DNA of 64,000 bases from a virus (Duplodnaviria; Heunggongvirae; Uroviricota; Caudoviricetes; Demerecviridae), in the IMG/VR virus record IMGVR_UViG_2974620381_000001, positions 48,928 to 112,927 of that record, one strand, 5' to 3'. The first letter of the stretch is position 1, and each line of letters starts with the position of its first letter. Of this stretch, positions 54,688 through 62,732 are shown one piece after another. The notes beneath the pieces were generated by a model. That model worked only from the letters and a program-made list of their open reading frames with translations. It was not told where the DNA came from and ran no database searches. Made by a program: the position numbers and the translations under genes.

Positions 54688-54716
54688 TTGCTAAAATGCT
54701 TAAGTTTCTGTATAAT
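54688..54716 (+). promoter_or_regulatory. T5-type promoter
   Basis: TTGCTA-17-TATAAT. Confidence 0.6.
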
Positions 54717-54746
54717 TACTTTATAAATTGATGAGAAGGAATCAAA

Positions 54747-55178
54747 ATGAACAAAGTTGATAAAGCTCTAGTTTTCGCAGCAGCAGATAAGTTTGAACAA
54801 GTTAAGGCAACTTTCCGAACCCTGTTTCAGTCTTACGTACAGGATAAGTCTAATCCTATTTCTGAACGCTTGATGGTTTGGGAGTGTCATGCTTGCAATG
54901 CCCTGCTAATTGCTGATTACCGTAGTGATATAGATAAAGATCTTTGTGAAATCCTTATCCCCGAGGAAGCAGAACGTTATCAGTTAATCTCTTTCCAAGA
55001 TTTGGCGGAGCACATCATTCCTGATGATCTTTGGGACAAATATTACGGTGATCCTGAAGATGAAGGAATGACTCCAGAAGCCTGTATTGAGCTGATCTGC
55101 AAAGATCATCCTGAAATTGCAGAGAAATTTGAAAAAGTTTTTGCTTCTGAGTTCTCCGGCGTTGTTAACGATTGGTAA
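54747..55178 (+). CDS. hypothetical acidic protein
   Basis: 143 aa; promoter 54688-54716. Confidence 0.45.
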   Translation: MNKVDKALVFAAADKFEQVKATFRTLFQSYVQDKSNPISERLMVWECHACNALLIADYRSDIDKDLCEILIPEEAERYQLISFQDLAEHIIPDDLWDKYYGDPEDEGMTPEACIELICKDHPEIAEKFEKVFASEFSGVVNDW

Positions 55179-55195
55179 GTAATTAAAAAATTCAG

Positions 55196-55224
55196 TTGCT
55201 TTAAGCCTTAAAATTCTGTATAAT
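55196..55224 (+). promoter_or_regulatory. T5-type promoter
   Basis: TTGCTT-17-TATAAT. Confidence 0.6.
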
Positions 55225-55256
55225 AAGTTCATAAATTAATGAGAGAGGAAATTCTA

Positions 55257-55508
55257 ATGGAAAACATGACTAAAAACGAAATGGCTAACGTTCTGGCAAT
55301 TCTCCTCGACATGCAGGGTTTTGAGGGTCAGCTCATGAAGATGTCTATTCCGGCAATGAAAAAGATGTATGATTCTCTGAATAAGAACGCTATGGCGTTC
55401 AACCTTGCAAAACAGGAAGCACGTTTTGCTAAAGAGCATCAAGCGACTGCTGAACGTCGAGCAGCATCTTTTGAGCGTGAAGTTAAGCAACTGAAAGGTA
55501 AGAAATAA
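55257..55508 (+). CDS. hypothetical protein
   Basis: 83 aa; start ATG 55257 after GAGAGGAAA; promoter 55196-55224. Confidence 0.45.
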   Translation: MENMTKNEMANVLAILLDMQGFEGQLMKMSIPAMKKMYDSLNKNAMAFNLAKQEARFAKEHQATAERRAASFEREVKQLKGKK

Positions 55509-55672
55509 TGGAAAGAGTATCAATTTCAATACTGTCATTCCTTATAGGAATACTAATATATAATATAGTTGCTCTTAATGTACACTTAACTGAGGTAGAC
55601 AAATCTCTCCATGAGTTAAATGTAGAAATGTGTAAATTAGTCCCGGATAACGAAAAATGTAGGGGTATTTAA
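55508..55672 (+). CDS. small membrane peptide
   Basis: 54-aa hydrophobic ORF, ATGG overlap. Confidence 0.3.
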   Translation: MERVSISILSFLIGILIYNIVALNVHLTEVDKSLHELNVEMCKLVPDNEKCRGI

Positions 55673-55953
55673 TGTTAATTGAAATTCTCATTGGACTACT
55701 AGTTCTTATGACACTAGCAGCGATTGGTGGGGTTATTGGTATTGTAAGCATGCGAAAAAATATAGAGAGTATGCTTACTACTAATAGTGGACTTCACTGC
55801 CGCTTAATAGAACAAGAACAAGATATTGAACTAGCACAGAGACGCTCAGATATTCTAAAAGAAAAACTAAATAATATTGAAGCAATAGTTGGGAATAATA
55901 AATTACCTGCTAAAGTAATGCGTACACAGATAATCACGGAGATTAAAAAATGA
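55672..55953 (+). CDS. small membrane protein
   Basis: 93 aa, N-terminal TM. Confidence 0.4.
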   Translation: MLIEILIGLLVLMTLAAIGGVIGIVSMRKNIESMLTTNSGLHCRLIEQEQDIELAQRRSDILKEKLNNIEAIVGNNKLPAKVMRTQIITEIKK

Positions 55954-56195
55954 TGATGTTTATTCTAGCATTTTATATAATCGTGGTAGGGGTTCTAGTT
56001 ACTAAGTATCATACATGGGCACCAAAGAATGTAGGTAAGGTAGCACTGTTTGTTATCCCAGTTCCACTTATCATACTTTCTATGTTACTGGTGATGTTAA
56101 TAGGTAAAGTAACAAAAACCGATATTAAACGTATTGCTGATGAATTGCAACAGTCTTGTGATATGGTAGAGGATATTCTTAAAGATGAAGCTTAA
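55950..56195 (+). CDS. small membrane protein
   Basis: 81 aa, two TM. Confidence 0.4.
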   Translation: MMMFILAFYIIVVGVLVTKYHTWAPKNVGKVALFVIPVPLIILSMLLVMLIGKVTKTDIKRIADELQQSCDMVEDILKDEA

Positions 56196-56511
56196 TTTTA
56201 ATGAATTAAATACCTTACATGAGATATTACAGTTTGTGAATAATAATATTAGTATTCCAGATGATACACTAGAAGTTCTCACGGTAATCGAGAAAAAGGT
56301 AGGAATTGAGATTGAGGACTCCTGGAAACCGCTTTCTGTATTAACACCTCTTAATATGAAAGTGATAGTTAAAAATATCGATACTGGTGAAGAATGTAAG
56401 ATGATTCGTAAAGAACTAGCTGATAGTTATTCACCAAAGTCTGTAGTAATGTATCATGATGACACACCTAAGGTTCTACAGACAGCTAATTATGTATGGC
56501 GTCTCCCATGA
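56185..56511 (+). CDS. hypothetical protein
   Basis: 108-aa ORF. Confidence 0.4.
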   Translation: MKLNFNELNTLHEILQFVNNNISIPDDTLEVLTVIEKKVGIEIEDSWKPLSVLTPLNMKVIVKNIDTGEECKMIRKELADSYSPKSVVMYHDDTPKVLQTANYVWRLP

Positions 56512-56610
56512 TTGATTTAGTACCAATTACTGCGGGGCTAATAGCACTATTAGTGCTCGCAGTTTTCATTATTGTGGAGCAGGCCAAAGTAATAAGGAGA
56601 CTTAAAAACA

Positions 56611-56811
56611 ATGATAAAACGTCTTGTTTATCAGGCACCAAAGATTGTAACTGAGTATTTTGTATTACTGCCTCAGATTGTATTTCTAACAGCATTATTT
56701 AATATACTTTTTCGACATCTAGGAATAACGGAAAATATCTTCTACACTTCTGAACTACTTCCTTTTATGTACGAAGGCATCATCGTGGCAATTAACGGAG
56801 TTCGTAAATGA
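56611..56811 (+). CDS. small membrane protein
   Basis: 66 aa hydrophobic. Confidence 0.35.
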   Translation: MIKRLVYQAPKIVTEYFVLLPQIVFLTALFNILFRHLGITENIFYTSELLPFMYEGIIVAINGVRK

Positions 56812-57269
56812 CAGCACTACAACAACTACAGAATTACTGGTTTGATAACCAATTTAACGATCTCTTTATCCAGTTATTTGTCGAAACGAACGGACGCTTC
56901 AACTACCGATTCTTTAATAAGTTTCACGAAACAAAATTCTCCCATACAGAAATTAATGCAGCGATCCAAGACCTAACTGGTTCTAAAGTAATTCAGTATC
57001 GTGAAGTAGACTTTACGCCGGATTGTTTTGGGTTTGAATTGTTTAAGAAAGCGTATAAATTTGGTAAGTTTGAAGATGCTCGTCAATGGGTTCATGATTT
57101 CTGGTATAATACCGATATTGTCCCTAGTCGTGTGCTGATTCTTAACTGGATTGCTAAACAACATCCACCTAAAGCTCAATCGTCCTTCTTACCAACTGAC
57201 ACAGGAAACCTCTACCATGACAGAAAAGAAAAATCCATTGCTGGAGCAGATGAAGGAATGGGAGAGTAA
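56808..57269 (+). CDS. hypothetical protein
   Basis: 153-aa ORF. Confidence 0.45.
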   Translation: MTALQQLQNYWFDNQFNDLFIQLFVETNGRFNYRFFNKFHETKFSHTEINAAIQDLTGSKVIQYREVDFTPDCFGFELFKKAYKFGKFEDARQWVHDFWYNTDIVPSRVLILNWIAKQHPPKAQSSFLPTDTGNLYHDRKEKSIAGADEGMGE

Positions 57270-57588
57270 TATTGAATCTGGTCTAGTAGACGGAGAAGAT
57301 ATTGTTAACTCTATGCTAGAAGTAACAGTAGATAATATTAATCCTATTTTGGCCAAAGAAACCTCCGATCTTATAGGACTCTCTAGCACATTTGATTCTT
57401 TGGCTAAATTAGCTTTAGACGATGAAGAGATAACCAAAGAAGATCTCGCCTCAGCTATGAATATGGCTATTAACGCTTACATTGGTAAACGTACCGATGA
57501 ACTTGGTAAACAGATCAATAAGCGTGATACTACGCTAGGTCTTATGGAAATGGCCACTATGTTACGAAGTGGTAAACAACTTCATTAA
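57217..57588 (+). CDS. hypothetical acidic protein (start uncertain)
   Basis: 123 aa from ATG 57217; terminator hairpin 57597-57630 downstream. Confidence 0.4.
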   Translation: MTEKKNPLLEQMKEWESNIESGLVDGEDIVNSMLEVTVDNINPILAKETSDLIGLSSTFDSLAKLALDDEEITKEDLASAMNMAINAYIGKRTDELGKQINKRDTTLGLMEMATMLRSGKQLH

Positions 57589-57596
57589 TTCTAGAG

Positions 57597-57630
57597 GCCA
57601 GGACTTAATTGTTCTGGCCTTTTATGTTTT
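57597..57630 (+). terminator. rho-independent terminator
   Basis: GGCCAGGAC...GTTCTGGCC + TTTTATGTTTT. Confidence 0.55.
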
Positions 57631-57643
57631 CAAGGAACTTCAA

Positions 57644-57847
57644 ATGCAAGTATATGTCCTTACCAGAGATATAAATGAGTATAATCAGGATGGTGAGTAT
57701 TTTGTAAAAGTATTCGCTGAAAATCCAAGTAAACAACAATTATTAGATGCTGGAGTACCGGAAGACCAAGCTAAGTGTTTACTACAAGATAAAGAGTTTA
57801 CTGGAGATGCTTACGAATGTTTCTACCTTAACTGTGAGACTATTTAA
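57644..57847 (+). CDS. hypothetical small protein
   Basis: 67 aa from ATG 57644. Confidence 0.35.
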   Translation: MQVYVLTRDINEYNQDGEYFVKVFAENPSKQQLLDAGVPEDQAKCLLQDKEFTGDAYECFYLNCETI

Positions 57848-57848
57848 T

Positions 57849-58295
57849 ATGAGAGAGAAAGTAAATGAATTATTAATCGAGGAAGCTAACAACTTTCCAA
57901 TAAATAGATTCATTAAATCGGATGGATCTATTAATAGAACTAAGATTAAGCAGCTACATCCCGACTTCCAGCAAGAAGCACTAAACCTTATATTTATCAA
58001 GAAAGCCGTTGCAGCTCACGGGGCTTTCTTCGGATATGAGCGTGTAAATTATAAGACAATGCAACAGCAAGTCGAGATTTATTGTCCAGATCATGATGGT
58101 TATTACTGGCAGACTGCTAGATCTCATTTAGAAGGGCATGGTTGTCGACTGTGTGCACACAAGGTTGTGCAGCGTGTCACGGATTATGGAACTTATACCG
58201 TACCAGCATGTTACCATAAATTTGTAATTGACGATAATCATATAGTTTGGTATAATAAGTTTTCAAAGCTAAGAATGGAGATAAGTAGTGAGTAG
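57849..58295 (+). CDS. hypothetical protein with CxxH...HxxC...C..C cluster (possible Zn site)
   Basis: 148 aa from ATG 57849. Confidence 0.4.
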   Translation: MREKVNELLIEEANNFPINRFIKSDGSINRTKIKQLHPDFQQEALNLIFIKKAVAAHGAFFGYERVNYKTMQQQVEIYCPDHDGYYWQTARSHLEGHGCRLCAHKVVQRVTDYGTYTVPACYHKFVIDDNHIVWYNKFSKLRMEISSE

Positions 58296-58578
58296 CTATA
58301 TTGTATGGTCAAACCCACTAGCAGCACTTAGTAACAAACTATTTAAAACAACGTGGGGGTATAATGAGATAGACTTAGGTAGTCGTCCAATACCAAATAA
58401 ACACCCTTTAGTTCCAGAGCTGTATAGGGTAGTGATAAATGGCACAGAGTATTTGGTTGATAAATTTGACAGAAAACGTTTACTAGAGGGTATCTACGAT
58501 AATTCTACATCGATAAATGAATTAGTAGAACATGCCCAAATATATGATAAAAGCTGGATGTTAATATGGAGATCATAG
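58288..58578 (+). CDS. hypothetical protein
   Basis: 96-aa ORF. Confidence 0.4.
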   Translation: MSSYIVWSNPLAALSNKLFKTTWGYNEIDLGSRPIPNKHPLVPELYRVVINGTEYLVDKFDRKRLLEGIYDNSTSINELVEHAQIYDKSWMLIWRS

Positions 58579-58799
58579 TAATTATTTTAGCAGTTATGTT
58601 ATTTATTGTAACATTTGTATCATTTGCTATTATGCGCAGAGCTAGAGAACTAGCGGAAGATATAACAAAATTACGTGGTGAGTTGGCTGCTCTTAAATTA
58701 CAGCGTGAGGCTTTAAAGTTGTTTGTGATTCAGGGTAGCGTAGAACATACAGCAGAAGACTTCATCACGTATCTCAAACGTTACATGGGAATTAAATAA
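58566..58799 (+). CDS. small membrane protein
   Basis: 77 aa, N-terminal TM + coiled coil. Confidence 0.35.
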   Translation: MEIIVIILAVMLFIVTFVSFAIMRRARELAEDITKLRGELAALKLQREALKLFVIQGSVEHTAEDFITYLKRYMGIK

Positions 58800-58984
58800 T
58801 GGAAACTCTTTTTCTTTTAATGCTCGTAGGTTCGTTAGTAGTTATATTAGCACTTCTACTAATCTGCAATATTCTTAATAATAAGAATTTAGAGTTAAAG
58901 TGTGAGAACCAAATCCTTAATCGTGAACTTAAACAATATAACCTAGCAGCGCACAAGCTACTAGACAAATTGGAGAATAAGTAA
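58799..58984 (+). CDS. small membrane protein
   Basis: 61 aa, N-terminal TM + coiled coil. Confidence 0.35.
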   Translation: METLFLLMLVGSLVVILALLLICNILNNKNLELKCENQILNRELKQYNLAAHKLLDKLENK

Positions 58985-59589
58985 TGACTTTATATGCACA
59001 ACAACCTGTTCAAGTAGTACCAGACCATGAGTTAAATACATGGGATTATGATTTTAAAGACTTAACTGCCACTGTACAGTTCAAATCTATGAAATTAACC
59101 TTTGCACACACTGATATTAAAGCCTGTAAAGATCTTGAGCATAAATTAAAAGAAGCTCGTAAGATTTTTGGAAAAGCCCGTATCCCCGCTGATAATCTAA
59201 TTAATACATTAATCGATGCTGGTTATAAACTCGTGAAGACTGAGGTGAACCGTCCTAGTACTCCTGTGACTGTTGGAGGTTCCTGGACCAAAAGTGGTAT
59301 CGCATTTAATCCTAAAATAACGTCGGAAATGCACAATGTTCCATGTGGTGGCACTATAGAAAATAGTTCCACATATCGAGTTGGTGAAGATTATGGGCCT
59401 TCTGTACAGCTGAAACATACCCAAGAAGCTTTTGAATCTGATATGAAAAGCGTAGCGCCTGCGGATGCTGAAGGTTTTAAAAGTCCCATCTATGTTACTC
59501 ACTTTAATAATCTTAGACCTGGGAGTATAAATGATGCTATTCTTGAAGCGTTGGGAGCTGCTCTTAATGAAGATAAAAGAGGTAATTAA
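58984..59589 (+). CDS. hypothetical protein
   Basis: 201-aa ORF. Confidence 0.5.
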   Translation: MTLYAQQPVQVVPDHELNTWDYDFKDLTATVQFKSMKLTFAHTDIKACKDLEHKLKEARKIFGKARIPADNLINTLIDAGYKLVKTEVNRPSTPVTVGGSWTKSGIAFNPKITSEMHNVPCGGTIENSSTYRVGEDYGPSVQLKHTQEAFESDMKSVAPADAEGFKSPIYVTHFNNLRPGSINDAILEALGAALNEDKRGN

Positions 59590-59936
59590 TGATACTTGGT
59601 AAAACAAAAATAACTTCTGCTGGTGACGATTTAATTACTCTTAGTCTTTACTATAAAGATGAAAATGTAGAAATAGAAACACTAGAGTATATTCTAATAA
59701 CTACTAATAAGCCCAAAATAGGAGAGTTATTTGATATAATATCTAGAGTCTCTGCTAGGGAAGATGTTCCAAGTATAACACCAAAGAATATAGCTCACTT
59801 AGCACAACAACTAGGAATCCTGTGGTATAAAGTAGATCTTCCAGCTAAAGAAAGAACCAAAGGAACCTTTGCAGAGGTTGCAAGAAAACCTAAGACAGAA
59901 AATAAAGAAACAGGGGAGCAAGCGTCTGATATATGA
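59589..59936 (+). CDS. hypothetical protein carrying helicase-like C-terminal tail ...ETGEQASDI
   Basis: 115 aa; last 8 residues identical to C-terminus of the DnaB-like helicase (2141-3613). Confidence 0.5.
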   Translation: MILGKTKITSAGDDLITLSLYYKDENVEIETLEYILITTNKPKIGELFDIISRVSAREDVPSITPKNIAHLAQQLGILWYKVDLPAKERTKGTFAEVARKPKTENKETGEQASDI

Positions 59937-60646
59937 TTAAAGAAGCCGAAAAATTAAAACGTCTCATTCAGTTAGCGCGTGGTGCTACACAAAAGAGCCT
60001 TTCTCAGCTAACTGATGAAGAAAAATATGCAGTAATGTTTTTAGGAGATCATTATCCTGCTAAGTGGGATAAAGGTAAGATCAAATATGATCGTGATGCA
60101 AAACGAGTAGTTTGGTCAGGCTCATATGTGGAGGTGAATAAAGCGTTGAAAGCTTTAGATCCTGAAGCAAAGGGTTTCTCTTCTAATGCTATTCATATTC
60201 TAATCGATGAAGATCTCCCAAGATTTAAGGAAGCATCATTTAAAGAAGCATTAGCTAGCGAAGATCTTATCCCTTTCAAACATGGCAAATATGCCCACCT
60301 TCCTCCACTAGAAAAAGAGAAACCAACTCTAGTTAAAGATGAAGTTTATCGTGGGATTGGCACGATGTTAGCGAGTTTGACTGTAGCTCTCCATAAAGAT
60401 CTAGAGTTAACGCCCTTAGAAAATGCTGTGCATTTCATGTGTCATAAATACGAAGATACATTTAAAGAGCTATGTAAGTCGCTAGGAATGCCAAGTTACA
60501 CGATATTAAACTACGCTCCTGAGTATACTAGAGCAGCTCGCGGAACTATGGATTACGATGATACAGGATCCACTGCTTCCTATTTAGCAACTTATATCTA
60601 CTTCGCATCCTTAGGTATCAAACTCAAATCCAAGAAGGAGGAATAA
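59933..60646 (+). CDS. hypothetical protein
   Basis: 237-aa ORF; last gene before the 1.7-kb repeat region. Confidence 0.5.
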   Translation: MIKEAEKLKRLIQLARGATQKSLSQLTDEEKYAVMFLGDHYPAKWDKGKIKYDRDAKRVVWSGSYVEVNKALKALDPEAKGFSSNAIHILIDEDLPRFKEASFKEALASEDLIPFKHGKYAHLPPLEKEKPTLVKDEVYRGIGTMLASLTVALHKDLELTPLENAVHFMCHKYEDTFKELCKSLGMPSYTILNYAPEYTRAARGTMDYDDTGSTASYLATYIYFASLGIKLKSKKEE

Positions 60647-60696
60647 AAGTTAACAAAAAGTTCTTGCATTCTCATACCCAAACATGTTATAATAAT

Positions 60697-60866
60697 CTCA
60701 TAGATTAACAACTACTCTAGTTGATTAACTCTAGGGGCGATGATTATTACACGAATGTCTCGTATAGCTTGCGGCCTAGCAACAGCGGTATGACGGCATG
60801 AGTACTCACGTAATTAATCACGCGCCCCCAGGAGAGACTCTCATGAAATTGGGGGTCTCTTTTTCT
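60697..60866 (+). ncRNA. candidate small RNA (promoter-to-terminator unit, ~170 nt, no ORF)
   Basis: Promoter TTGCAT-18-TATAAT (60664-60693); downstream GC hairpin (CCCCCAGGAGAGAC...GGGGGTCTCT) plus TTTTTCTTTAT at 60815-60866. Confidence 0.4.
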
Positions 60867-61020
60867 TTATATTATTTAAATATTTTTAATGGCAATATCT
60901 GTGTTCAAGATGATACACCTGTTGCCGTTCATCTGCTAGGATGGCACAACACTTTCTTCTAGACTCCTAAGTTTCTAGGAATAGTTGAGCACAAATTCTA
61001 GAGATCACACTAAAATATTC

Positions 61021-61757
61021 ATCGGATTTGCACATATTCTAGGGCAGTTTTCTTCTCATATTATATTCTTTAGGCCGGTTTTCCTATATAGGGCGGTTTT
61101 AGGGAGGGCGGTTATTTCTAGAAGACATTTTTCGAAAACACATTTCCAGAAATTACTGTCGGATTTGCACACTGATATTCTAGAAATTTATGGTCGGATT
61201 TGCACAAACGCCTAAGTTTTTAGGAACTCTTACTCTCCTGAAAATAGCAGCATTATTTCGGGCCGAAGGCCCATGATTGCCTGAGTTTTTAGAGCCACAG
61301 AAATTTTCACTTGTCAAGCTATTTTGCCCCATTTTGCTAATAAAATTTTACTTTATCTGCACCTATCCCAAATCTTCCCAAATTATCTCAACTCTTCCCC
61401 AAAATCCCCGCAAATCAGGTGCTCCGCACCAAACATGCGCCCCATCCTTCTAGCCCCCAAATTTCTCTCGCTCTCTCATCTTCTCCTCAAACCCACACAA
61501 TCACACACCCTCCAATCGAAGTCACAAAAATCTTGTCGGATTCGCACAAATAAACTCATGTCGGATCTGCTCATACTCTAGCTAATTCCACAGGATTGAT
61601 GCGCAGCATCGGATTGCTGGAGTTTTTAGGAAAATTCATTGTCGGATTTGCACACTATAAAAATTTTTCGGGTCGGATTTGCACACTACCAAAAATTGTC
61701 GGATTCGCACATACATGCCCGCACGTAACACCCGTGGAGCAATGTCGGATTTGCACA
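61021..61757. repeat. nine dispersed 14-bp iterons GTCGGATTTGCACA (two with 1-2 mismatches)
   Basis: Copies at 61021, 61158, 61193, 61535, 61560 (degenerate), 61641, 61672, 61698, 61744; all same orientation. Confidence 0.8.
61360..61530 (+). other. G-poor polypyrimidine (C/T/A) tract of ~170 nt
   Basis: Plus strand contains almost no G between 61360 and 61530 (ccc/ctc/tcc runs). Confidence 0.7.
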
Positions 61758-61789
61758 AAAGCGCAGGGCAATTGCCCTGCGCTAAATAC

Positions 61790-61990
61790 GAATGATAATA
61801 AGAATCATTCTCATTTAAAAAGCGGAATGAGAATGATAATAATTCGCATTTAGAAAGTGAAATGAGAATCAATCTCATTTAAGAAAGGGAATGAGAACTA
61901 TTCAAAAAGTGAAATGATTATCGGTTAGATAGTGGAATGTGAATGATAATAATTCGCATCTAAGAATGGAAGTGAGAAACACTGTTATTT
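61790..61990. repeat. array of GRAATGAGAA(T) repeats with internal palindromes
   Basis: At least six copies (cGGAATGAGAATg, tGAAATGAGAATc, gGGAATGAGAACt, tGAAATGATTATc, tGGAATGTGAATg, GGAAGTGAGAAAc); perfect palindrome AAATGAGAAT-c-ATTCTCATTT at 62298-62318. Confidence 0.7.
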
Positions 61991-61993
61991 AAG

Positions 61994-62086
61994 TTATCCA
62001 CAGACTTATCAACAGCACGATTTGATTTGACAGAATCCTAGCCATTTTGAAGCGTTATTAACAGACTTATCCACAGCTTATCCTAC
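61994..62086 (+). promoter_or_regulatory. DnaA-box cluster (2 perfect TTATCCACA + 3 one-mismatch variants) embedded in 18-bp direct repeat ACAGACTTATC[CA]ACAGC
   Basis: TTATCCACA at 61994-62002 and 62067-62075; TTATCAACA 62007-62015; TTATTAACA ~62055; TTATCCTAC 62078-62086. Confidence 0.65.
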
Positions 62087-62359
62087 TGTATAAATATACA
62101 GTATTCCTATGCAGTGAATAATTCTAATATACCGCTAAAACGTCCTGAATCGCATTCTAACGCGTTTAATTTTGGTGGGGATACTAAAACAAGGGCAAAA
62201 TTGGAGGAGGCTTAAAAATTAGTTAGCCCGCTAACGATCACACAAGGCGACACGTAACACCCTAATCATTAGCAGGCTAACCATCGCGAGCGCGGTCAAA
62301 TGAGAATCATTCTCATTTGAGAATTGGGGGCACTCCCTGGTAGTTGCGCCCCGTGATTA

Positions 62360-62554
62360 TTAGTCTGGTAGTCGATGCGTGATTTTTTCCTCCTCCCCGT
62401 AGGAATCCACCAAATGCTGATAATAACCATCGTGATCATAAATCACTTTATCATACTCGCCACGCTCGACCGCTTGCCGGTTTTCCGGCGTATCGGGCAC
62501 ATAAAAAACGTCAACCATTGTGGTAGTTTTGGTTACAACAATTTTATTGCTCAT
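62360..62554 (-). CDS. hypothetical protein
   Basis: 64-aa ORF, first gene after the repeat region, opposite orientation to early genes. Confidence 0.4.
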   Translation of the reverse strand: MSNKIVVTKTTTMVDVFYVPDTPENRQAVERGEYDKVIYDHDGYYQHLVDSYGEEEKITHRLPD

Positions 62555-62570
62555 AATAACCCCCGTTATT

Positions 62571-62732
62571 AATTATTTGCGTAAATATACGCTTGCCAAT
62601 AGTCCAGCTAGAAAGCCCGCCGGTACACCAAATGAAGCCACACCGGGAACACTAGCACCATGAGCATATAAAGCCCAGCAAATTACATAAGGCAACAACG
62701 GAAACATGCCAGCTATTAAAAACTTTTTCATT
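62571..62732 (-). CDS. small membrane peptide
   Basis: 53-aa hydrophobic ORF with GGTGG SD. Confidence 0.3.

Noticed and set aside
60984-61878. ORFs 60985-61215, 61324-61581, 61596-61853 (+) and 61636-61878 (-)
   Set aside because: They fall in the iteron and pyrimidine-tract block. Translations are repeat-driven (PKS/LLL/HTL-rich). No SD.
61790-62320. CRISPR array hypothesis for the AATGAGAA repeats
   Set aside because: Repeats are short (9-10 bp), irregularly spaced and partly palindromic. No regular repeat-spacer periodicity and no cas genes.
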